A DNA stretch of 64,000 nt, taken from positions 1 to 64,000 of the forward strand of contig JBFLGF010000079.1 in NCBI GenBank assembly GCA_050230475.1, in the 5' to 3' direction. Positions 1 to 11,230 of the stretch are shown in pieces. Origin of the DNA: Ancylonema sp. Taxonomy: Eukaryota. Each line of letters opens with the position of its first letter. The first letter of the stretch is position 1. Under the pieces are notes generated by a model. It saw only the letters and a program-made list of their open reading frames with translations. It made no database searches and had not been told where the DNA came from. Made by a program: the position numbers and the translations under genes.

Positions 1-99
1 AAATACGTCCAAGGGACACGTGTTACTTCGAAACATATCGAGGAATACCCACGCGCATACAAAATATGAAGTAAAGCCATGGATACCCGTACCCGCATC

Positions 100-873
100 G
101 TGTTACTATATAAGCACACTTGTTGTGTAGTCACTTCTACCGTATAAGCGTTGTCATTGTATAAGCACATCTGAGCATATAAGCACATCTCACCGTTCAG
201 GCATCTTTACCATATAGGCTCTTTCACCGTATAGGCACATTTTTAATATAGGCATTCTCACCCTATAGACTCTTTCACCGTATAGGCGCTAATCCTTATC
301 ATGTAGGCACACGATCGAATATTGTCCGACATAGGCGTGTACTATAGTGGTGCTGGATGCTGATAGCTACTTAAAAGTATACAGATAAGTCACGAATCCG
401 CTTTTTGCCTCTCGTCATGATCTGGCAAACTATCACTAACTTACGGCGCCTTTAACGTGGTGTGGGTATTGCTAGGCATTGAAAATGGAAATTGAATGTG
501 ATCTTACAACCGCCTTGCTATGCAGCTGGCAGTATAGTCCGTCCTTAGCGCCGACTATGGTGCCGTAGGTGGCGGGACAATCATAATGTTCCCATCGAAC
601 CGTCATTTGTAAAGTACCTATACGTGTCAGACATTGATTGAGTGTATCGTGCGATACTTGCATTCTGTTCGCAACTTGATGCAAGCTATCGTGCAACACT
701 TGCTATCCTATTGCAACACAATTGACGGTATCGCGCGATACTTGCTATCTGACCACAACTGGATGGATAAACGACGTAAATACCCGCACCAGCACCATTC
801 CAAAGCATAAGCATATTCACCCGTTCATCTCAATAAATCACCATATGGGCAAACGATCGATTAGTGTCCGACA
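100..873 (+). mobile_element. Two tandem degenerate LTR-like repeat units with ~21-bp and ~37-bp internal subrepeats
   Basis: Both units end in ACGATCGA...TGTCCGACA (ending 331 and 873). The same end occurs at 36707-36729 and a related end (CACACGATC...CCGACA) at ~49455-49477. TTCACCGTATAGGCAC-type subrepeats lie at ~135-290. Confidence 0.55.
257..589 (+). repeat. Template copy of a perfect 333-bp inverted duplication (partner 34857-35189)
   Basis: Base-by-base reverse-complement comparison showed no mismatch over 333 bp. Confidence 0.95.
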
Positions 874-1482
874 CCTGTATTAATAACCGTTGAATTGCGA
901 CGGACACTCTTTGCCGGAAAGATGTCAACAACAAGTTGATAGTACGCCCCGGTCCTCTACACACATTCTAAGCTAACGTTGCGCAATCGACCCAAAAACG
1001 ATCGGACCTATCAGATGCATCGTATCCGCAAATTGCGGCGGGATTATTTTTTAAGCTCCGTTGCGTTTTATCCAGCTGGCACGTCCACCAAGTCCACCTA
1101 GTCGCGACGGGGAAGGGTCCGCAACGACAACGACAACGACAGCGACAGCGATGTTGCCACCCGAAATCATGATGCGCCCCTCCGCGCCCCCCGGAGCCGA
1201 TAAGTGACAGAAGTGAAGTTGAGTTGAAATTTTCTGCCACGTCCACAATTCTTCCAGTAGAGATCTGTAGAACCGACCCAGTCGTTATGACGGTGGTACA
1301 ACTCACCGCACAAGACGACGTGGCCTAACTTTTCTCCGTCACAATGATGAAGTCGACTCAGGGTTCTACATAAAGCGCACAGTCATCAATACCGAACAGG
1401 AGATGTTTTACAACAAGCAAGTATCATTAAGTCGATTGACGGTTTTACGTGCAAACATATTCTTTTCGTAAAGGCGGCGAGG

Positions 1483-3766
1483 ATGAAGTTTGGAAAGGAG
1501 TATCATCGCTATCTGGCTGAATCAGGGTTGGAGAACAGTAAGCCCCTGCTGATGTCACCAAGTCTAGGCCCAGAGAGTCCCTAAGTCGATGAGGAATCGC
1601 TTTATTTCTCCGCGATCTAATCTTTGCAAACTATTTTAATGGATTGATGTAGAAATGGTTTGTTGAAGTGATGCAGGTGAGGGCATGGATCAATTAAAGG
1701 CGTGAAGATGCACTTAGTGCCTGGCAGCATTGCCTATCTCGTGTGGTTGACGTCTTTTATTAGAGATGAAGAAGGCTAAATCCTGACTTGCGCTGGCATT
1801 ATACGCTTTTGCTTGTGCTATTTCATCACCGGGTTTGCATCATCTTGCAGGCCCGCACGTAGCATTCAAGCCGCTCAAGAAAATTCTGAAGAAGTGCGGA
1901 AGGTCCACTTCAGTGCAGCAGCAGCAGCCTCCTCTCCCCCCGCAAGTCGCTGGAAGCCACAAGTGCTCAAGTAGGTGTTCATGAAGTCATTCTGCAGACA
2001 GGAAGGCGCAGGGCTCATTATCCTCTCAGTGCATGTTCCTATCATTGTTAGCCCGGAAATGCCGCCGAGATACGCGCCTGTTGTTCAGGTGCTGTAATTG
2101 TTCCTAATTCATTTATTGAGCCTTGCTCGCAGACTGTGAGGATTTGTTTTTCGAAGAACTCATGGCAAACATGAGGGCAGTATTAAGCGCTTTTGAAGTT
2201 TGGGCCCATTCGCTCTTGAACAAGCGAGTCAGCATTCCGAGTTTCCTTTCGTTGCTCTCACGTGTCAAGTGAGTTTCTAATTCTTCATTATAAGCTTTCA
2301 GCAGCAGGTGGAATCTGAAATTTAGTACAAAGATTTAAACCTTGTTGGTGCAGGGGAAAAAATGGCGGTGTATATATATATATATACATTTATATCTATA
2401 TTATGTATGACGGTTGAAATTGCTGCTCGACCTGTTTCGCAAGTGACTTTTAGTTTGTCCTGCAGAAACGGCAGAGATACAGCAGAGAGTAGCATGAAGC
2501 TATTGGAATTCGCAGCCGTCAACCATCTGGCCTTTCTGAAGATCTTGAAGAAATTCAAGAAGGTGTGTTTCGTGACAGAGTCTTCGCATGCTTCGACTGG
2601 GGACAGCCAGCTAGGCAGTGCTTCCCCACTCTAAAGCTGTGTGTGTGCGCACCTCAGAGTCGATATCTTGTGTTGCAGGTGCACGGCTATTCCCCAGAGA
2701 GTGAGCGAGGAGTGGACTTGTTTCGCCTGAATCGCCCACTGGTCCTCTCCCCTCACCTTCTTGAGATTTCTGCCATGGAGGTGAATGTGGGTGATACCTT
2801 GAAACCGCACACGTCTTCCTACACCCACCTGCTCGCCTCCACAACCAAAGCTCTGCCTGCTTCGACCAGCCCTCCCACAGAGCACCCTCCACCCCGCCCC
2901 GACAGAGAGCACACAGAGGCAGAGGGAATCTTCGAGGATGGGACTTTGGATGAAGGCGAAGCGTTACCGAGGCGGATACTGGATGAGTGGTCAACCGGAG
3001 AGAGCACACCCGGAGAAGAGGAAACGCATGTTTGCGGTCTCCGCGTACATTTGGATGCCACATGCCCAATCTGCTTGGTAACCATTCCACCACCGGGTCG
3101 GGTTTGCAAACAAATCACGTGCGAATGCATGTGCACGCTGTTGGTGTGCCTTCTTTTTGAGTCTTTTTGAGTCTTTTTGAGTCTGCAGGGGTGCTGAGGT
3201 GTTGGCAGAATATGCCATGGTCTCATGGTGTGCCTCTGTGATGTGGATGCAGGAGAAGTTCTTCAAGCCAGTGGCGTTGTTGTGTGGACATGTTTTCTGC
3301 CAGCTGTGTGCCTGCGAGGCAGCCGGCATACCGTCCACCTTTGGTCTGCGGCACGCTTCCAAAACAAAGAAGTGCCCGGTCTGCCGCCAGGCAGGAGTGT
3401 ACTGTGCAGCCATGGAGCTGAGAGAAGTGGCATTGATGTTGAAGAAGGAGTACGTCACGTCACCTTGGGCTCTCACTTATGCACACTCTTTGGGTGTGTC
3501 ACCGACTGGTTGTGCACCAGCACCCCTGTTTGGATTTCTGGTTCCTCCGCACAAGAGACCGGATTTGCCGCCGTTGTTTGAACATCTGATCTGTGGATCA
3601 CTTCCTAGACCCTTGTACATCCCCTCGATAACAAATAACAACATGGTAAGTCACGTATGGTTGCAGGGACCGACAGTTTTGGAATGTAAGGAATAAAGAA
3701 GCCAATAAGGAGAGGAAGAGGCAGATGTGTGACTACTGGCAGATTGCTGCCGGACCACCGACATGA
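1483..3766 (+). CDS. NLA: SPX + RING-HC E3 ubiquitin ligase (NLA/BAH1 family), 7 exons
   Basis: MKFGKEY at 1483; VAFKPLKKILKKC; NHLAFLKILKKFKKVH (SPX). RING: CPICL|EKFFKPVALLCGHVFCQLCAC...CPVCRQAGVY. C-terminus EDRQFW...CDYWQ, TGA at 3764-3766. GT-AG junctions are phase-consistent. Confidence 0.9.
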
Positions 3767-6700
3767 TGGAGTGCCTGCTTCGTCGTCGCCGTCTTCGTCG
3801 CCACAACAGAACCATTTATCTCTTGGGTTTCGCTCACGTTATAGATTTCACTTAAATGTTAACTGTCACATTGAATTGTATGTCATTCAAAAGACCAGAA
3901 ATATTGTTTAATGTACCGCTCTGTTCATTAGTGTACATTTTATACGTCAGGGAATTGTTGGTTATTAGAATTATGGTGCCTAAGGACTGGTTGGTCTTAA
4001 TTATTCGCCACCAATCGCTTGATGCCAAGCCATAGCATGACTCGAACTTGGACAGTTCCTTATGCTTAAAATGTTTGTACAACAAGCACATACATACTTG
4101 GGGTCTCGTCATTTTCTGCATAAGTACACATAGATATGGAAATACAAAGATACAGCAATTTTCTGCATAAGCATGAATAGATATGACAATAGAATGATAT
4201 AGCTGATGACAGGATATTATCGCAACGGCAAAAGACTTTCTTGTGTACTTTCATGTGGCACACACTCTCCAAAGCAATAGTTTATACACGAATTATATCC
4301 GATACGTTTCAGTTATGATAGGGCTTATTAGCGTCTTTGCCCCATACAATACCAGAGAGTGATTATGATGTAGAGGAAAATAAATGAAATCATTCAAACC
4401 CATTACAGTCAATCATCCTATGATCCGGTAAATGCCTGAAGATGGGTGTTCCCATCGTTCGCTTCTGATAAACTTAAATTTTTCTTTGGAATTATCAAAA
4501 CCTGATCCAATCGAAAAGATCTAGAACAAAATGAGTCTAAATGAATAAATAATAATCCGATCCGCCCTTCTGGAAATTATTTTCGCATCATTATCTCTGG
4601 GCAATATGCTATTGGACTTACTACATGACCTCGTATCGCACCGACGCACACATTAAAAAAAACACGTGATGCGCGCGTCCTGCCACATTTATGTACGTGG
4701 CACTAACAGACATAGAAAACAATAATTACAAAAAACAATATCCTTTATGGCGATTAAATTTTAATGCTTACTTTTGCCCAAAAAAAATTGTTTTTTAAAA
4801 CTTTTTTTTTCTGGAGAGGACATTGGTCGTATTGTGTCGTATCATATCGGTGTCCGATACGATACGATACGATACGATCGGGGCAAACTAGAAAAAGCAT
4901 GGTACATCACCGCATCGGATACCAGAGTGTATCAGAGAGTCTAGGTGCCATACCGAGCAACTACGTCCAAGAAAGCCATGCGCAAGGAAGCAACAAAGCT
5001 GAGAAACGCAATGGCAATTGCCCATCACATCCACATAGAGACCATTCGCACCAGCAGACATCTTGCCACATATGCAAACTCTCTTTACTTTCTTGCCTCT
5101 GCAAAGAAAAAAATATACAGAAGTCGTTGGTTCTACTATTTTTACTCCTACACCCTAAATACTGATACTAGTCCCTGCAAAACTGATTGCTGTACAAGTG
5201 TACAAGTCAAGTACTGGAGCGCTGTGTAGCAAGTATGTACATATGTTGTCCTACCACTCCCAATGACCGACCAAAATTGTGATGAGCAATAAGCTTCATC
5301 CAAAATCGGTGCTCTGGCATCATAAAGTCTCTTCTCACTCACTTCCTCTCAGCTCCCGCGGTGACGATTCATCTGTACCAATCTACCGATCAAGGCATTC
5401 TTCCCATCTGTGCTACAGACCAGTGAATGCTAAAAAAATGTTTTCTCCCCTTGAACTGGGGCGGCAATCAGCACCTCAGAGGGGTGAGCTTCAAAAACTC
5501 GATTTACTTTTTCTCTCAACAAGTCAGAGCCACGGGAATTGTGAGGGATTCTTTGCGTGTACAAACATGTGCAAACAGTGTGATGCACATCCTAGGTGTC
5601 ACTGCGCACTGAGGGTGACTCCTAGCTCTTCTGCTGGACACAAAAGGCAGCCACCCCAACCCCCCACTGAATGCCTCAGGCCCCAATCCCACCCCAGCAT
5701 CACATATGCACCCCTTGCCCCCAATCCTCTAACCTTCCCTCCCATCCCGCCATCCCCATTCCCACCCTTCCACCCCACCCCTGCCTCGTCCCCTTCAGCA
5801 TATCTCCCGAGACTTTGGCTCTGAAACTATGCAGCTACGCAAGAAAAGAAGACGAGATGGCTCATTGTATACATATCGAAACATGTCGCCAGCAACACAC
5901 CATTCGGATATCGCCACAACCCCCGTTGCCTGGACAGTGCCAGGTGGCACTCATGTTGCCACGGCCCCTCTCAGGGATGAACAGCAATACCTTGGGGGGA
6001 ACAGAGGGGGTGGGAGCGCACCTGGCATGGCGCATGGAGCATGGCGCATGGAGGCAGGTGCGCATCCTTGCCCCTCACCCTCCCTATGTGTTGTAAGCCA
6101 AGGTGAGTCCAGGGAGGGAGGCAAGGGTCACCTCTGTACGAAACAACACCCGATTCCAAGGATCCAACCCATATCCTCATGGCCAGCATGGGTGAAGCAA
6201 TTTGTGCGTCTCAGCATTCCATCATCCTTCTTCTCCTCCCTCCCGCAGGCCTGTGGGAAAAACAAAAAAACCCTTCCGACCCGCGCTCCCAAATAATATG
6301 GTGATAGGAATAGCTGCAGAGCGGACTACTATCTTCCTCCACCTCCTCCTCCTCCTCCTCCTCCTCCTCTTGGCTGCCTCCATACTTCGCTCTTTTGGCT
6401 GACCCCTCCTCTTTCCTTTCTTCTTCTTCTCTTCTTCTTCTTTTTGTGCCCCCTCCCTCTTCCTCTTGCCCTCAAAATAGCGTCCTCTGGCGGCCTGTAC
6501 CGTGCTCCTCAACCCTCCTTTCTGGTCGGCTTCCAGCCCCTTATGCTGGAGCTTACAGTGAGAGCCCTTGGAGCACGCGCCTAAAGCAGACTGGTCGGGG
6601 CACATGAACGTGTGCTTCTGGGTGCACTGACCCAATGGTGGGGCCACAGGTGGCACATCACAGGTCAGGTGAGCATGCGGTGCGTACACACAGGTGCTGC

Positions 6701-7754
6701 TTACAATATACGTGCAACCCCATGTCCATACCCCTGTCTATACCCATACGCATTTGTATACACATGGACACGATGGGAGGTGGTGGTTGGGCACCTTGTC
6801 GCCTTGTGCGCAGTGGCCGCGCAGGAAGCCCTGACAGACGGCAGCCTAGGGGTTCACGTTCACGAGGCGGTAGGGGCACTCCTCCCCCACACACATGCCT
6901 GCCACGACAGCAGGGACCACCACACGCTCATCCCACACTGCCCCATGCCCAGTGGGAGGGGGGGAGCTGGGTCACCTTCTTGGAAGAAGGAGCAGTCCGG
7001 CATGCGCTCCGCTCGCACCTGCCCACATCACAGCAGTGAGCGGCGCGTCAGAAACATCATTTCCCCCTCTTCTTCCTCCTTCCTCCTCCTCCTCCCCATC
7101 TCCTCCTTCACCTCGTGTGTGAGTGGACAGTTGTGTTCTGCACACACAGCGTTGAGCCAGTTGGAGCACACGGCCACTTTGTCAGGGTCGTGGATGTACC
7201 CACACTCCCCCTCCTCCTTCTTCCCGCACTTCCCGAATCGGCAAAAGTATTGGCAGTATGCACGCGCCTTCACCTTCCGCAACCGCGCATTGTTGAGGCT
7301 GTACCGCACGCGAGCACTGAACCCACAACCCCAACCACCCCCACAAACAATCAAACCTCCAAAACCCCCGAAACCCCAGATCCCCTACCTCCTCCTCCTG
7401 CTGCTAGTCCTCACCTTGCCGTGTGTTTGGCGGCACTGTTGGGGTCCCTCACAAGACCGCTGCTGCCGCCCATCCGCACGTACCTGCGACCCCCACCCCC
7501 ACACGCTCATCCTCACATCGCTCATCCTCCTCATTGGGGTGTGAATCGATGAACGTACGATGCTCCTCCAATCTGAGCGCGCCGCGGTGCCCTCCACGCC
7601 TTCCCTTCACCTCGATACAGGCACAGTGACTGTAAGTTAGCTTCCTCCCCTCCACACACTCACACCTGCTCCTGATGCACACCTGGCAGTCGATGGAGAG
7701 CCTTCCCTGCGGCGCCCACCTTGTAACGCTGCCTCCCCTCCCCTGCTCCCACCA

Positions 7755-7787
7755 ACCGTAAACCGTAAACCGTAAACCGTAAACCGT
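7755..7787. repeat. Intronic (AAACCGT)n telomere-like heptamer array
   Basis: About 4.5 tandem copies, read directly. Confidence 0.85.
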
Positions 7788-8188
7788 ATGGTGGGTGCCT
7801 CCATCCCCCCAGCCCCATCTAAGGGTGACAACCGTAGCAGCAGACTCGTCCTCGCACCTTTACCTTTCGAGGACTCAGTTTTTGCAGCTTTCGCTGTTTG
7901 TTTCTTCTCCCTCCTGGCTCGTTCCGCCAGCGCCACCGCCTTTGTGGCCTCCTGAACCACCTCCCCACCCTCACTCCCCATCCCCACCACACCCCGCCCT
8001 CCCAAGCGCTTCCGTACCGAGCTCACTCGCTTCCCCTCCTCCGGCATCGTGTGGGTCCACCTCAGGCTGCTCCCCACCAGACTGCGCACTCTGGAGCGCA
8101 GCAATGCGAAGCCCCCCTCTGAGCGCACATACAAGCTCTCCACCTTCCGCTCGCGCTTCAGCTTGCTCCTGAACACCCCCCGTGCTCA

Positions 8189-8263
8189 CAGGGATTCAGG
8201 GATTCAGGGATTCAGGGATTCAGGGATTCAGGGATTCAGGGATTCAGGGATTCAGGGATTCAG
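8189..8263. repeat. Intronic (CAGGGATT)n octamer array
   Basis: About 9 perfect tandem copies. Confidence 0.9.
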
Positions 8264-8314
8264 ACCAGCCATGCCCTGCCTGCCAGAGCCCCTACTGGGA
8301 CGGGGGACGACCCC

Positions 8315-8364
8315 AAACCCTAAACCCTCAACCCTTAACCCTAAACCCTAATCCCTACACCCTA
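8315..8364. repeat. Degenerate (AAACCCT)n plant-type telomeric repeat, intronic
   Basis: aaaccctaaaccctcaacccttaaccctaaacccta. Confidence 0.85.
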
Positions 8365-11230
8365 TGGGAGGGGGTTGTTTCCTCACAGAACAGTCCACCG
8401 TGACCCCCCTGCCAGAGACTGCTTCGCTTTGCTCCCTCGTCCCGAGAATCGCAGCAGAGGGGTGCCTGCTTTGAGGGGGGCCTTTGAGGCGGGGGTGGCA
8501 AGTAGAGGGGGTGAGGAGGCGTGCATTCGCCACACCTTGGCCATCTTCGAGAGCACCGCCTTCTTGGACGACCCTGGGGAAACAGAGGGTGGCATCAGAG
8601 GGGGCCAGAAGGGGTGGTGAGAGGGATGGGAGGGGGAGGAGCCAACCATGATCCGGTGGCGGGCTGGGCTTGGAGGAAAACATCGATTTCTCCGCCCACC
8701 CCACCACCACACTCTGTTTGCCGCGTACACTTATTTGTGCTTCCACAGGGCCACTGGTTGCCTGTAGAGAGGTAGATGAAGGTGCATTTTTCCTAGGGGT
8801 CGAGCCTCCTCTGACCAGCTGATTGGCCTTTTTTCTGCTATACTTTTCTGGTGCAGGAGGCGCCCCCCCTGCACCCCCTCTGCTTCCTTCCACTCTGTTT
8901 GCATCGCTGATGGGGGGAACCACGGGGGAGGCTGGAGGCAACACAGAAGGGGCCCGCGCAGAGGAGGGCAGAGGAGACGTGATCGGTTTGGTGGCGGGTG
9001 GCAATTGAGATGGGACAGGAATTGGAGCTCGAACCAAGGTGTAGCTGTGGCCCATCCGAGTGTAGCTGCTGCCAAACCCCCCCCTCACCCCTTTGGTGGC
9101 AGATGGCACGGGAAAAAGGAAGGCTTTCTTTGGTGCCAAGCCTCGAGCGGCTAGAGTCCCATTGGAGGGGAGTGGCACGACGGGAGATCTAGGTTTGGTG
9201 AGAGGGCGCTGCCATTTCATTGGTCCCCCTGTCTTCCCCAATCCCCTTCCCATCCCTGACCCCACCTTGCCGCGCACAGAGCCAACACTGGGGGCTGCTG
9301 ATGGCTGAAGTGCAGCACCAGGTGGTCCACCCGTGGAGGGTGAACTTGGATGCGGTGGTTTCGCAGAAGCAGCTGAGGGTTTGAGAGAGAGGGTTGGAGG
9401 GGGTGGGGAGATGGTGGGACCCCGTTTGGTGTCCTTCCGTGGAACTGAATTCACCAAAATCGAGAAACCATCGTCATCATCACTGCTGCTGTCTACAATT
9501 TCGAATCCTGGGTGAGCTTGCACCACTGCCAGAGAGGCGCCCTGATGGACAGGAGGAGGTGCGGGCGGCATGTCAGAGGGAGCACGCCTTTTGGGAAGCG
9601 TGTGAGGAGGTAGAGGTGAGGCCATAGGAGGTGCGGCCTCTGGTTGAGGACGGATCGGTGGCACTGGAAGGCACGTGGCAACGGGTGGAGGAGGCTTAGG
9701 TCTCACGTCTCCCTGCTGTCCCGAAGATACCACTCCATTGGGCATCGAGTTATCCAGCTTTGACCCTGTTATCTGCAAGAAAGAAGGCGGTGAGGTTAGA
9801 AGGAGACAGTGGGCGCATAGCGGTCATTCGTGTGTCACACGTGTGTCACACATTCAAGTGAATGTGAGAACGCGTTTCTTCTTGCATGCCAAGGCAAGAG
9901 ATACGTGAACACGGAAACGTACTTCCCTTGTCGTCTCCAAGGCGTGCGTCGTGTTCATGACCGCTCCCATTTCTCCACACTGGCTGCTGATCACCATCCC
10001 ACTCTCCACCTCTCCTGCCTCCACCTCACTCACGGCATCCACCGAACTCTCTTCATTTCCTCTGCCAGAGGTGGCTCCATGCACGAGCCTTTCCCTCAAA
10101 TCCCAATCCACATCATCCACCGAGGCTTCCTGAAAAGTCTCCATGTTTTCTCTTTGCACTAAATGACTTCTGAGACCCTTGGAGAACATTGCCTCGCCAA
10201 GATTGAGAGACAGCCCGCCTCTCCCTGCCTTTCCAACGTCATCAGAACCTTGTCCTGGGCTCGAACTAGGAGCATGAGGTGAAGGTGGTTGCCGACCTGT
10301 GACGGTTGTTAACGGGGAACTGATTGAAAGGGACAGAAATGGGTGAATGTCCGCACTGCTCGGTCTAGCATCTACGCTGGCGGTAGAAGCGCCATAAGCG
10401 CCATGCTGATTTTTTTTCTTCCTTCCGCCTGTCTAACTTAGTTCAAGCTCGACGTCAACATCTTGGTGTATACCCATTTCTTCCTGGGCAGGCAGTGCAG
10501 GCTCCTCAGCTTGTGCAATATGAAGGTCGTCATCGGCACTCTCTTCTGAGATACTCATGTCCGCAGACTCATTACCGTCTTCTCTCTCAAAATCTTGAGA
10601 CGGTTGTATGGGAGGGCCCGCCCGGTGGAACTGCGGTGGAGCAACTGTTGGGTTCCGCGGATGCGACAACTCACGTGGACGAATAATCACTCTGCTTCCC
10701 ATTCTGTAATCCGAATCGTGGGACCTGGCCGGGCGTATGTGCCAGCCATATCGATGGTCCATCTTCGCAGATACCGCTAGTATGTCAATACTGGAAAAAT
10801 AAAGGAAAAAATATTGTACTATTGTCCAACCTCGACACGCCGTGGGAGAACATGGCAGCCATGATGTGAGCTAATAACAAGGCCGAACCGGAATTACCTG
10901 TTTCAAAATTGATATCATAGGGGGTGTCGCGGCTTGAGGTGTACATTCTACACCTGGTGCGACTGTAGATTTGATGAACTCCAGTCGCAGCCTGATGAAA
11001 ACCAATTGGCTACATTTACCGCGTGCAACATGTTCGATATTACGTGGTGGCCCGGTGGCGTGGTTTAACGCTGGATACGCGGACGAATCTCCTGCCCGGA
11101 AAAATGCCTGGGATGCCCCATCGGACGGCGTGGGCGACACGCGATTGAGTCAAACGTGGAGTCGAGTGCGCGATGATGGGCCTCGACGCATACAGACACG
11201 TGCGTATTCCTCGCTCAACAGCAAAGTGTC

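Larger units (their letters stand above)
6222..10762 (-). pseudogene. CCCH zinc-finger protein (plant C3H7 / ZC3H3-like), multi-exon, with two in-frame TAGs and a lost Zn ligand; 3' end uncertain
   Basis: Conserved blocks YVRSEGGFAL...VGSSLRW, EATKAVA, YCQYFCRFGKC...YIHDPDKVAVC, ERMPDCSFFQEG, VCQGFLRGHC, CTQKHTFMCP. TAG at 6846-6848 and 10433-10435. CPYRL where CPYRH is expected. Confidence 0.8.

Noticed and set aside
1657..1677. Possible miR827 site in the NLA-like gene (GTTTGTTGA)
   Set aside because: Only 9 nt match, the seed-pairing half fails, and it lies in intron 1.
4840..4930. (CGATA)n run resembling a DNA-transposon subterminal repeat
   Set aside because: No TIR or TSD could be defined.
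5279..6296. Several plus-strand ORFs of 140-180 aa
   Set aside because: Low-complexity, no motifs; probably antisense to 3' exons or UTR of the CCCH gene.
6612..7544. 310-aa plus-strand ORF
   Set aside because: Antisense shadow of CCCH exons and G-rich introns.
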